DNA of 64,000 nt from an uncultured delta proteobacterium (GTDB lineage: Bacteria; Desulfobacterota; RBG-13-43-22), in NCBI GenBank assembly GCA_963802945.1, contig CAWDKY010000015.1, forward strand, positions 416,001 to 480,000, written 5' to 3'. Numbering within the stretch: position 1 is the stretch's first letter; every line of letters starts with the position of its first letter. The position numbers and the translations under genes were made by a program. Under the pieces are notes generated by a model. The model was given only the letters and a program-made list of their open reading frames with translations. It did no database searches and had not been told where the DNA came from. This document shows, piece by piece, positions 8,700-18,177 of this stretch.

Positions 8700-10124
8700 T
8701 TAGGAAAGCTCAGAACAACGGCGGACGTTATTGTAGTATTGGAGGGCATTACTCAAGGCCAGGGCGCAACGCTCGAAGGAAAGAAAAACCGGGATGCCCA
8801 TACCCTGCAAGTTGAACATAATATCTTTTACTTCCTTCTCGGCATCGGAATTATAGAGCATGCTTACAACCATCAGGGGTTTTGGACTTTTCCTCTTAAC
8901 GCTATCCAGTAGATCCATGGCCCCCTTAAGTTGTTCAGGGGTGAAATGCCAGCCCGGTTTGGTGGAAACGAAAAAAACCATATTATCGATATGGGGATCC
9001 TGGGCCACGATGCTCATGACCCGCTTCATGTCCCTGCGAACCGGCCCGGCAGAATCGATGGGATTGCGGTAACTGCCTCCCACCGGTCCAAAGAAAGTTT
9101 CCAGTTCATCATAGGACTCCTGGGTAAGCTGGGGCACATTCAACCCCGTTTCTACAAAAATATCGGTAGCAATCACCGAGTGCCCTCCAGGCCCTCCGGC
9201 AATGGCCACCCTGTTCCCATAAACCGGGGGAAGAAAAAGTAAGGCCTTCAAGGTATCGATCAGTTCCTCCAGGCTAACTACCTGTATGGCTCCGCACTGG
9301 CTGACCGCTGCATTCCAGATCACCTGCGAGGAAGCCAGGGACCCGGTATGTGAGGCCGTTGCCCGCCCGCCTTCCTCGGTCCGTCCGCCTTTCCAGATGA
9401 CCACCGGTTTTCGAGCGGCCACCTCCTTCAATACGGAAAAAAAACGGCGGCCGTTCTTCACCCCTTCCAGATACAGGCCGATGGCCTTGATTTCCGGGTC
9501 TTGGCCGAAATACTCCAAGAAATCCGGGGAATCCACCACAATCCCATTGCCGAAGCTCACGGACTTATTGATGTCCAAGCCTTGAGTATGGGCATCCAGG
9601 CTGAAGCCGATGGCAATGCTCCCGCTCTGTGAAATAAAGCCCAGCGGCCCGGGGACACCGATGTATTGTTCCTCACTTTGTTTGATTCCGACCCGGGGAT
9701 TGAAAAGCCCCAGGCAATTGGGACCGACGAGATGAAACCCGGCCTTTTCCGCTTTTTTCACCAGCCTTCGTTCCAAAGTCATTCCTTCTTCGGTATTGGT
9801 TTCAGAAAAACCGGCGCTGAAAAAATGGGCCGCAGCCACGTCCTTGCGAATGCAGTCTTCCAGAACGGCCACGGTTGCATTTCTAGGTACGGCGACAATG
9901 GCCAGGTCCACCGGTTCGGGAATATCAACCAGGCTGGGGTAATTTTCAATGCCCAGGGCCTTGATATCCTCGAAGGATTTGGGATTGACATGGACGGAAT
10001 AAAGTTTTCCCTTAAATGATTTGTGAGCTTTCAGCCAGTTGAAATTATTTCCTTTGCTATCCCCCACCACAGCCACCACCTTTGGGGTGAAGGCCCGGTT
10101 TAATTTATTGAAATCCACTTTCAT
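8700..10124 (-). CDS. acyl-CoA synthetase (NDP-forming) alpha-subunit-like CoA-binding protein
   Basis: PKVVAVVG, LVGPNCLG, SQSG, SHTGS motifs; paralog of 6858-8351. Confidence 0.88.
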   Translation of the reverse strand: MKVDFNKLNRAFTPKVVAVVGDSKGNNFNWLKAHKSFKGKLYSVHVNPKSFEDIKALGIENYPSLVDIPEPVDLAIVAVPRNATVAVLEDCIRKDVAAAHFFSAGFSETNTEEGMTLERRLVKKAEKAGFHLVGPNCLGLFNPRVGIKQSEEQYIGVPGPLGFISQSGSIAIGFSLDAHTQGLDINKSVSFGNGIVVDSPDFLEYFGQDPEIKAIGLYLEGVKNGRRFFSVLKEVAARKPVVIWKGGRTEEGGRATASHTGSLASSQVIWNAAVSQCGAIQVVSLEELIDTLKALLFLPPVYGNRVAIAGGPGGHSVIATDIFVETGLNVPQLTQESYDELETFFGPVGGSYRNPIDSAGPVRRDMKRVMSIVAQDPHIDNMVFFVSTKPGWHFTPEQLKGAMDLLDSVKRKSPKPLMVVSMLYNSDAEKEVKDIMFNLQGMGIPVFLSFERCALALSNALQYYNNVRRCSELS

Positions 10125-10885
10125 GGAAAATCCTTTTTCATATTCTTTTGTTCTTCATTCCATTCAATGGCCACAATCCTTTTCCCATTGACCTGTGCCG
10201 CCTCATCAGAGGCCAGATAAATGGCTGCCGGGGCCATGACCTCCGGTTTTAAGAGCAGTGCCAGCTGATCCTTGGGAATAGTGGATGGGACCATCCCAGT
10301 TTGTGTGGCACCGCCGGGTAGGAGCATATTTAATGTGATCCCCGTTCCTTCCAATTCTTTAGACCATATGGTACTCATGGACTCCAAGGCCGCCTTGGAA
10401 GGACCATAGGGACTGAAGCCTCTTCGTACCATGGTTTGCTGATTAATCGAAATATTAATAATCCGTCCGTATTGCTGTTGCAGCATGATGGGAACAACTG
10501 CCCGGGTCATCAGAAAAATCCCATTGACATTAGTGTCGATAATCATCCGCCAGACCTCAGGGTCGGTCTGCCAAAAAAGGGCGGGAGTGGTCATAAACTC
10601 TTCGCTGACGTACTTCATCCCCCTGGCCGCATTATTGACCAAAATATCGATTCTTCCATAAGAAGCCAGGGCTGCCTGAATGACCTTGTTGACATCCTCT
10701 GTTTTGGTAACATCCGCTTGAATGGCTGTAGCTCCTGTTAGAGATGCTACCTCTTGAATCTCCTTCCATTCCCGCGCAGCAGTCACCATGAGGCGGGCTC
10801 CCTCTTCAGCATAGGCCAAGGCGATCGCCCGGCCGATGCCTCGTCCGCCGCCGGTAATGATGGCCACTTTATCCTTCAGTTTCAT
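10121..10885 (-). CDS. SDR family oxidoreductase
   Basis: Likely start MKLKDKVAIITGGGRGIG after a GGAGG RBS; NNAA and YGPSK motifs. Confidence 0.88.
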   Translation of the reverse strand: MKLKDKVAIITGGGRGIGRAIALAYAEEGARLMVTAAREWKEIQEVASLTGATAIQADVTKTEDVNKVIQAALASYGRIDILVNNAARGMKYVSEEFMTTPALFWQTDPEVWRMIIDTNVNGIFLMTRAVVPIMLQQQYGRIINISINQQTMVRRGFSPYGPSKAALESMSTIWSKELEGTGITLNMLLPGGATQTGMVPSTIPKDQLALLLKPEVMAPAAIYLASDEAAQVNGKRIVAIEWNEEQKNMKKDFP

Positions 10886-11044
10886 CGTATCCTCCAGAGA
10901 ATAGGATTCCAAAGACAAAAATTTTAGGAAAAAAGTATAGAACGGGGAAGAAATAAGAGTCAAGGGAAAAACAGGGAGCTAATAATCATTCTCCATCGAT
11001 GACTGGAACAACTTTTCAGTTTTGTTTTTTGAGCAATCTCGAGA

Positions 11045-11887
11045 CTATTTTCCTTTCAGCACCGCCTCTGCGGCCAACTTATACTGCCTTCTTATCCGGG
11101 CAATTCTATCATCCAGGTCCTCGGTTCCTTCGATGGGGAAAAAGTATATGGTTTTACTTTTCATGGCCATCTCGTCTGTCGTGAGTCCTTCAGACTGGAA
11201 CTTCCTCACTTCCGATTCCAGGGCCTCGAAAAAGGCAAGATATTTTTCAACCATCTCTTTTCCGCCCACCGGACCGTGTCCTGGGACAACGACGTCGATA
11301 TCCATGGAAAGCATTTTCTTGAGGCCTTCCTTCCACTTTCCAAAATAGGTCTGTCCAAAAAATGGGAATTGCCCCTCTACATTGTCACCGGTGAACAAGA
11401 CCTTGTCTTCGGCCAGATAAATCATAATGGTTGCCGGTGAATGCCCGCCTACGATTTCAAGTTCGAAATGGGCATCTCCCATATCCAGGGAAAGTCCGCG
11501 ATCAAAGGTGATGTGCGGCGGAAGCATTTCAAAACGGTCGATGAAGGATTCAAATTTTGAGACCACCTCGGGGAAGGCCTCTGCGATGACTTGTTTGAGG
11601 AGCTTTTTATCTTTCAGGTAGGCCATGCCCCTGGCCGCCTTGGTATGGCAGATCACCTTCGGGGTTAAAAATACATTCCCCATCACATGATCGTAATGGT
11701 GGTCCGTATTGATCACATAAGCCGCTTCCCGGCCGGTCTGTTTTTTGGTCAGGTCAGCCCACTTTTCAGCGTCTTCGGGTAAAAAAGGGCTGTCCACATA
11801 AACCAGTCCCCTGGCAGTGGCTATGCAGCTTACATTGGCCCCCACATAATCGGTTTCGACCAGGATCCTTTTTTTAATGGTCTGCAT
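11045..11887 (-). CDS. MBL-fold metallo-hydrolase (cyclase-like)
   Basis: NTDHHYDH, GGHS, FTGD and PGHG motifs. Confidence 0.85.
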   Translation of the reverse strand: MQTIKKRILVETDYVGANVSCIATARGLVYVDSPFLPEDAEKWADLTKKQTGREAAYVINTDHHYDHVMGNVFLTPKVICHTKAARGMAYLKDKKLLKQVIAEAFPEVVSKFESFIDRFEMLPPHITFDRGLSLDMGDAHFELEIVGGHSPATIMIYLAEDKVLFTGDNVEGQFPFFGQTYFGKWKEGLKKMLSMDIDVVVPGHGPVGGKEMVEKYLAFFEALESEVRKFQSEGLTTDEMAMKSKTIYFFPIEGTEDLDDRIARIRRQYKLAAEAVLKGK

Positions 11888-11989
11888 GGTTCTTCCTTTC
11901 TTTTGCTGTTTTCTGTAAAATAAGCCGAGGGTTTCGAGCTTTCTCGTTGTTGTTCTTTTAATTAATTTGGAAAATTTCTATACTCTGAT

Positions 11990-12961
11990 CTAATCGCTCA
12001 ATAGGCGCCTTGGGTTATCGACCATCATCGTTCTTATCTGGGCATCGGTGACGCCTGCCTCTTTGAGGGTCGGAATAATATCGCGGAAGACATGGACGTA
12101 GGACCAGTTGGCTATTTGTCGACGACCCTCTTCAGGCAATACCCCTCCACGCCCTGATGAGCAGGCGATATAATCATGGGACAACATGATGCGTTTCTCA
12201 TAGCCGACTCCCAAAAGACCGATCAGCATGGCTATCCTTATTTTGTCCGGCAAGAATAATTCAATTCCGAACCGGTCAAAGGCGATATTCACCCCCTGGT
12301 TTAGCACATCCGACTGATATTGTAAGGAAGGATTGCCGCACATATGGCCGATCATGATGCGCTTCGGATCCAGCCCTTCCCTGATCAGCAGGGCAGCCTG
12401 TTCAGGTCCCATGGTCCCATCTTCCGTATGGGTGATAATCGGGAGGCCGGTTTCTTTAGCAGCCCTGGCTGCGGCCATCAGCACTGCTTCTTCAACGGCG
12501 GAAATACAATTCAAGCCCGTGGCTACCTTGATCACCCCGGGCTTTACGCCGGATTGGCCAATGCCCTGGGTTATTTCCTGTATCATACCGTCATACAGCT
12601 CGCTGACCATGTCCCCGACCCCGCTTCGGCTTCGCCCCATAAGGTAGCCCCATTTGCCCCGGGCTTCGGTGTATCTGCCGGTGGAGCAGATAATGTGGAT
12701 CTGCGATTGTTCGGATACCTCCTTCAGGATTTCGACATCCCGGTATAAATCCGGGGTAGCGTCAATAATTGCTCCGAGGCCATAAGGTTTCACCGGAGAC
12801 AGGGCCTTCAGGCATCTCTGGACCATTTTATCCCTATCGTAGGGCCGGGATAACGGGTCACACTCCCAGCCGGGTTGACTGGTGACAATATGTTCGTGGA
12901 CAAGGGTCGAACCTAAATCTTCCGGTGAAATCATACCCAGTACTGTATTGATTTTTTTCAT
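11990..12961 (-). CDS. phosphotriesterase-family amidohydrolase
   Basis: LVHEH, VIKVATG, ITHT, IGH and LSHD metal ligands. Confidence 0.9.
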   Translation of the reverse strand: MKKINTVLGMISPEDLGSTLVHEHIVTSQPGWECDPLSRPYDRDKMVQRCLKALSPVKPYGLGAIIDATPDLYRDVEILKEVSEQSQIHIICSTGRYTEARGKWGYLMGRSRSGVGDMVSELYDGMIQEITQGIGQSGVKPGVIKVATGLNCISAVEEAVLMAAARAAKETGLPIITHTEDGTMGPEQAALLIREGLDPKRIMIGHMCGNPSLQYQSDVLNQGVNIAFDRFGIELFLPDKIRIAMLIGLLGVGYEKRIMLSHDYIACSSGRGGVLPEEGRRQIANWSYVHVFRDIIPTLKEAGVTDAQIRTMMVDNPRRLLSD

Positions 12962-13144
12962 GGCGCCTTCCTCATTGAATGGATTTGATAGAATTTCGCT
13001 TTTGGATGGCCAGATTATAAGACCATCAAGGATTGGAGGTCAAGGGGCAATAGTGTTTGGGACTGCAAAGGTAAAATAGTTGACTCAGGCGAAATATGTT
13101 TTTATACTTAATACTTCTAAACCTATCGAAGAGGAGAAACAATC

Positions 13145-13549
13145 ATGAGTCTGGAATCGGATTTTGAAGCCCTCCCCATCGGGCTTGATATAGGGGAATG
13201 GGAAATGGTCCTGGATGAAAAAACCATCAATAGCTATGCGGATCTGATGCAATGGCAGGCCAGGGAGGTTATCGATAAACTGCATTTTGCCCCGCCGGGG
13301 ACATCCATCAACATGCACCCCAGGATGCAGTTCGCCAAATTTACTAATTTGAAGTCAGCCATCTGGGCCAAAAGCGAGCATGAATTTCTGAAGCCTTTCA
13401 AGATGGGTACCAAGATCAGGATTCGGGGGAAGATCGTTGACAAATTCATCAAACGCGGACGGTTTTACAAAGTCGCTGAGTTTGAGACCCTGGACGAGAA
13501 CGACGAGATCATCATGAGAAGCCGGGAGACGGGTATCAACGTCGAATAA
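13145..13549 (+). CDS. hotdog-fold (MaoC-like) protein
   Basis: APPG...WAKSEHEFLKP...GKIVDKFIKRGR pattern; paired with the next MaoC gene. Confidence 0.65.
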   Translation: MSLESDFEALPIGLDIGEWEMVLDEKTINSYADLMQWQAREVIDKLHFAPPGTSINMHPRMQFAKFTNLKSAIWAKSEHEFLKPFKMGTKIRIRGKIVDKFIKRGRFYKVAEFETLDENDEIIMRSRETGINVE

Positions 13550-13560
13550 GGGGGAAAGAA

Positions 13561-13950
13561 ATGGGAAAAAATATACAAGTGGGCCAAGAGATCCCCGGTT
13601 TGACCAAGACTGCCTTTATGCCGATTGAAGAAGACGCGCGTAATCCCATTCATACTGAGGATTATGCCAAAGAACACGGTATGCAGGGGGCGCTGGTTGC
13701 CGGGTCCACCCTTCTCAGTTACATGCTGGAGATGCTTTACAACACCTTTGGGGAAAAGTGGCTCAGCCACGGGAAGATCAATATCTCCTTTATCGGCGGA
13801 GGAGCCTTAAACGGAGACCAGATAACCACTCATGGGAAGGTTAAGTTGATTGAACCCAAGGAGGGGATGAACCGGGTTACTTTGGATATCTGGATGGAAA
13901 ATCAGAACGGCGTCAAGATCATGGTTGGCCAGGCGAGCTGCCTTAAATAA
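13561..13950 (+). CDS. MaoC family dehydratase
   Basis: NPIHTEDYAKEHGMQGALVAG motif. Confidence 0.8.
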   Translation: MGKNIQVGQEIPGLTKTAFMPIEEDARNPIHTEDYAKEHGMQGALVAGSTLLSYMLEMLYNTFGEKWLSHGKINISFIGGGALNGDQITTHGKVKLIEPKEGMNRVTLDIWMENQNGVKIMVGQASCLK

Positions 13951-13994
13951 CCTTTAATTTTATTACTTCTCTATTCATCAAAGGAGTTTTATCA

Positions 13995-14909
13995 ATGGCT
14001 AAACTGATGCAGGATACTACTTTCACTTTTACCGATCCGGACGGATTTCGGATCTTTGTGCGAAAATGGATGCCACCAGAAACGGTAAAATCCAAGGCCG
14101 TGGTCCAGATCGCCCACGGCGCGGCTGAACACAGCCTGCGGTATGAACGCCTGGGAAAGTTCCTCAACGAGGCTGGTTACCTGGTCTATGCCAACGACCA
14201 CCGCGGTCATTGGAAAACAGCAGGCACTATGGATAAGGCCGGTGTTGCCGGCATCGACGGTTGGAACGGAATCGTTAAAGACGCCAAACAATTGACCGAT
14301 ATCATCAAGAAGGAAAATCCTGGACTACCCGTCTTTTTGTTCGGTCACAGCATGGGCTCTTTGCTGGCTCAGCATTACATTCAGCAATGGGGAGAGGGGC
14401 TGGCGGGAGTTGTGCTCTGCGGCTCCTCAGGGGCACGCCCGGGTTTGGAAAAGAATATAGCATCTTTAGAGAAGCTGCCCAGAGAGGGAATCTCCAAAGC
14501 CATGTTCAGGGATGTCAATAAACGCTTCGAACCGGGCCGGACCGGTTTTGAATGGCTCAGCCGGGATGAAGACGAAGTCCAGAAATACGTGGATGATCCC
14601 TGGTGCGGCTTTCCGTTTACCTTTGGATTTTCATTGGATTTACTCAAGGGAATACGGGAAGGCTGGAGGGCAGAAAACGAAGCGCGCCTTCCCAAAGATC
14701 TACCGATTTTTATCATTTCCGGTGAAGATGATCCGGCGGCGGGAGACAATGCGGCTCTATTAAAGTTGCTGATCGATCGCTACCAGGCGTTGGGCATTAA
14801 AGATCTTACGAGCAAGTTGTACCCCGGGGCGCGTCACGAGATCCTCAATGAAACCATTCGCGATGAGGTGCACAGGGATTTACTAACCTGGTTTGACGCC
14901 CATTTATGA
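13995..14909 (+). CDS. alpha/beta hydrolase (lysophospholipase-like)
   Basis: AHGAAEH, DHRGH, GHSMG nucleophile elbow, GARHE. Confidence 0.9.
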   Translation: MAKLMQDTTFTFTDPDGFRIFVRKWMPPETVKSKAVVQIAHGAAEHSLRYERLGKFLNEAGYLVYANDHRGHWKTAGTMDKAGVAGIDGWNGIVKDAKQLTDIIKKENPGLPVFLFGHSMGSLLAQHYIQQWGEGLAGVVLCGSSGARPGLEKNIASLEKLPREGISKAMFRDVNKRFEPGRTGFEWLSRDEDEVQKYVDDPWCGFPFTFGFSLDLLKGIREGWRAENEARLPKDLPIFIISGEDDPAAGDNAALLKLLIDRYQALGIKDLTSKLYPGARHEILNETIRDEVHRDLLTWFDAHL

Positions 14910-14962
14910 GGAGATGACCTCAGATCGGAATGATTTCCTTAATGCCTGCTTATTTCTAAATC

Positions 14963-15010
14963 GGTATTGCCGGTAATTCAATATAGGAGGCCTGCCCCGG
15001 TTGATAAAAT
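14963..15010 (-). repeat. duplicated 3' end of the CocE/NonD gene (direct repeat with 16387-16434)
   Basis: 46/48 nt identical; translates to FYQPGQASYIELPAIPI* versus FHQPGQASYIELPVIPGKG*. Confidence 0.85.
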
Positions 15011-15351
15011 GTCCTTGGGACAAGATGAAAGGGATAAGGGGAAACCTATACTTTATAGGCCTTTGATAGAACTTGATCTGATCTAAGAGCAAAAGCCATA
15101 TTAACTTTTCCTGTATTCCTCAACCTTCCATTCTTGAAAAAAGACAATGGTTCAAACGGTAATCAATAGAAGGGACTTGCAATTTGTTGACTTTTTAGTT
15201 AGTAACGAGTAAGAAACCTTAAATAAAATAACCAAGTTTTCTTTTTGGCAACCCTAATCAGAGAGGTAGTCAATCTAAGAACATCGAACCTCTTTTCTCA
15301 AAGGAAAGGTGGGCTTTTTTATTGTGAAGGCCTCAACTGGAGATTTACAGA

Positions 15352-16056
15352 ATGAACGATAACAAGAAGAACAAAGAACAACTGATCCAGGAGTTGGAAG
15401 ATCTTCGCCGGAGGATTGCTGAACTCGAAAAAGCAGAAACCGATCGCAAGCAGGCCGATAAAAAGCTCAGCCAGACCCTGGAGAACCTTCGAAAAGCTTT
15501 GGGCGGCATCATTCAGGTCCTTTCGGGTACTAAGGATCCCTATACCGCCGGCCATCAGCGGCGGGTAGCTAATTTGGCCTGGACTATCGCCGGAGAGATG
15601 GGATTGTCCGATGATCGGCGGGAAGGGCTTCGCATAGCAGGGACTATTCATGATTTGGGCAAGGTCTCCGTCCCGACTGAAATTTTAAGCAAACCCACCA
15701 AGTTGACCATGATCGAATACAAAATAATCCAGGCCCATTCCCAGATAGGGTATGATATCCTTAAAGGGATAAATTTCCCCTGGCCCATCGCTGATATGGT
15801 CCTTCAACACCATGAACGGCTGAATGGTTCGGGGTATCCACGAGGACTCAAGGGAGAAGCAATCTCCCTGGAAGCCCGGATCCTTGTGGTGGCCGAAGTG
15901 GTCGAGGCCATGGCCTCCCACAGTCCCTATCGGCCCGCTTTGGGAGTTGATGCCGCTCTGGAGGAGATCGAGAAAAACAAAGGGATCCTCTATGACCCGG
16001 AGGTAGTGGAGGTGTGTCTGAAATTGTTCAAGGAGAAAGGATTCAGGTTTGAGTAA
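15352..16056 (+). CDS. HD-GYP domain protein (c-di-GMP phosphodiesterase-like), possibly degenerate
   Basis: DPYTAGHQRRV, IHDLGK, HHERLNGSGYP; VAEVVEAMASHSPYR deviates from the usual VAD...HRPYR. Confidence 0.85.
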   Translation: MNDNKKNKEQLIQELEDLRRRIAELEKAETDRKQADKKLSQTLENLRKALGGIIQVLSGTKDPYTAGHQRRVANLAWTIAGEMGLSDDRREGLRIAGTIHDLGKVSVPTEILSKPTKLTMIEYKIIQAHSQIGYDILKGINFPWPIADMVLQHHERLNGSGYPRGLKGEAISLEARILVVAEVVEAMASHSPYRPALGVDAALEEIEKNKGILYDPEVVEVCLKLFKEKGFRFE

Positions 16057-16064
16057 TTTTGGGT

Positions 16065-16180
16065 TGAGGTGATCCCCAAAAATTGGACAATGTGATGATA
16101 AGTTCTGAGTTAGCCTAAAGTAAGGACGGGGCTATATGCAAAAAAAGGAGCGATGACAGCTCAAGTTCAGGGCCGGGGCA
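16065..16180 (+). mobile_element. IS3-family terminal inverted repeat remnant
   Basis: TGAGGTGATCCCCAAAAATTGGACA resembles IS3/IS150 ends; a decayed start follows; no transposase. Confidence 0.35.
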
Positions 16181-16373
16181 GTCTAAACAATTCTCCCCTA
16201 TTTCCATCCGTAATTGTTTATTTTTGGAACGCCCTATTTTGAATAGTTGTAGAAACACATATTCAAGGAAGTGCCTTTGGGGTCGAGGATGTCAGCTTAA
16301 AAATGAACCGGGACTCCCTGCCCCTAATACCAATAACTTCTTTAAACCTTTGATCCTGAGAAACCCCGTCTCT

Positions 16374-18107
16374 TTATCCCTTCCCAGGTATTACCGGTAA
16401 TTCAATATAGGAGGCCTGCCCCGGTTGATGAAATATGGTCTGCATGGCCGGGATACCTGCCGCATCTTCTCCGAATGGATTACCGGTATTCATATTGCGA
16501 TCGAACCTGGGGAAATTGCTGCTGGTAATATCGATCCTGATTCGATGTCCTTTAGCAAAGACATTGCTGGTGGAGGCCAGATCGATCATATATTCATTGA
16601 TTTCTCCGGGGACAACCTGTTGAGGTTGAAGAATGGATTTTCGGTATCTGGCCCTTATGGCCCCTTCGGCCACATTGATGGCCAGCCCGTTGGGATACAC
16701 ATCCACCATCTTCACAAAAAAGTCCGTGTCCACTGCCGAGGTGGAGGCAAAGAGATGAATCTTTAGCGGACCGGTAACTTCCATCTCTTCCTTCAGCTCT
16801 GCTGTGCTGAAACACAACACATCGTTTCGTTTTTCAATAACGGATTGATCTTGGGGTCCCGCGGCTTGGTTTAAGTCCGGGTTAATTCTGCCGCCCCGGG
16901 TCGGCACGGGATCAAGAGGATTATACACATAAATATCCGGTGATTCACCTCCCAGTTCCTCCCTGCTTAACACCCCGTCACCTCCGGAGGTGTTGGCATG
17001 ACCACGGCTGTGGAGATAAAAACGCTGCCACTGGGTTTCTGGCAAGGGCCAGTTGTCGGCATTTTTCCATCTATTCCTGCCCATAACAAAGTAACGGATG
17101 GGAACAAGATATTTGCTTTCAATGCCTCTCAGGTATTTATCAAAAAAGGCCAGATGCCTACTGATCATGAACGCCCCTGCACCGGAGCCATAAGCACCGA
17201 AGTTGAGGGCCCCGATAAAATTGTGGAGCCTCGATCCATGGACCCAGGGACCCATGATGATGTGCTGCCCTTGCCGGGACATGGGAGAGCCGCCCTTTTC
17301 TTTCATTTTGAAAAAATTAAGGAAGATGTGGGCCACGCTCATATCGTACCAGCCTGCAGACTGCAAACAGGGAACCTGTATTTTGTCGTAGGCCCAGAGG
17401 AGTTCCTCTTCGGTTTTTTTCCCTTTCAGATTCTCATCACTAAAACGCCGCATGAATCCTTCCTGCAGCCCTTCAAACTTGAAATAGGGGATATCTTTTA
17501 GGGGCAAAAAGTTGCAGACCTCTTCAAAATGGGTCATAGCATAGTGTACCTGGTCCGACATGCCGGAGACATCTTTCCCCTGTTTGGCCATCTTTTCGAT
17601 CATATCCAGGGCCATGGTGGCGAACCAGCTTATGCCTGTTTCCAACTCTTTGACCCCACTCATTCCGGATTCACTCATATATCCCGCCCCGATGACATGC
17701 GGTGCAATGGCCTTCAGATGAGGAGGGGCTTCCAAGGCGGCGTCCCACTGATTACGCCCCAGGTAAGAGGCCCCGACCATCCCGACATGGCCGTCACACC
17801 ATGATTCAGCGGCAATGTTTTCAACAGTGTCGTATCCGTCCTGCCCTTCTGACCTCCCGACAGAGAATTCACCCTCTGAAGCAAACCGGCCCCGTGTGTC
17901 CTGGATAACCACAGCGTATCCGGCAAAGGCGGCATCTATGGGGGACAAAAAATCACTGGTGCCTGACCGTGTTTTATTATAGGGGGTTCGTACGATTATC
18001 GCCGGGTGTTTCTCCTTGTCGTCGGGCCGGAAAACATCCGCCCGTAAAGTCACACCGTCCCGCATCTTCATGGGAATATCTCGGTCAACACGTATGGAAT
18101 TATTCAT
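16374..18107 (-). CDS. CocE/NonD family hydrolase
   Basis: MRDGVTLRAD, RTPY, QDTRGRFASEG, GASYLG, GPWVH, SSNFPRFDRN; RBS AAAGGAGG before ATG 18107. Confidence 0.92.
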   Translation of the reverse strand: MNNSIRVDRDIPMKMRDGVTLRADVFRPDDKEKHPAIIVRTPYNKTRSGTSDFLSPIDAAFAGYAVVIQDTRGRFASEGEFSVGRSEGQDGYDTVENIAAESWCDGHVGMVGASYLGRNQWDAALEAPPHLKAIAPHVIGAGYMSESGMSGVKELETGISWFATMALDMIEKMAKQGKDVSGMSDQVHYAMTHFEEVCNFLPLKDIPYFKFEGLQEGFMRRFSDENLKGKKTEEELLWAYDKIQVPCLQSAGWYDMSVAHIFLNFFKMKEKGGSPMSRQGQHIIMGPWVHGSRLHNFIGALNFGAYGSGAGAFMISRHLAFFDKYLRGIESKYLVPIRYFVMGRNRWKNADNWPLPETQWQRFYLHSRGHANTSGGDGVLSREELGGESPDIYVYNPLDPVPTRGGRINPDLNQAAGPQDQSVIEKRNDVLCFSTAELKEEMEVTGPLKIHLFASTSAVDTDFFVKMVDVYPNGLAINVAEGAIRARYRKSILQPQQVVPGEINEYMIDLASTSNVFAKGHRIRIDITSSNFPRFDRNMNTGNPFGEDAAGIPAMQTIFHQPGQASYIELPVIPGKG

Positions 18108-18177
18108 CTGTTCCTCCTTTGGCTGAGGGGGAAAATCATTTACATATTTTTTCATCCGCCTCACATGTTCATGAACA

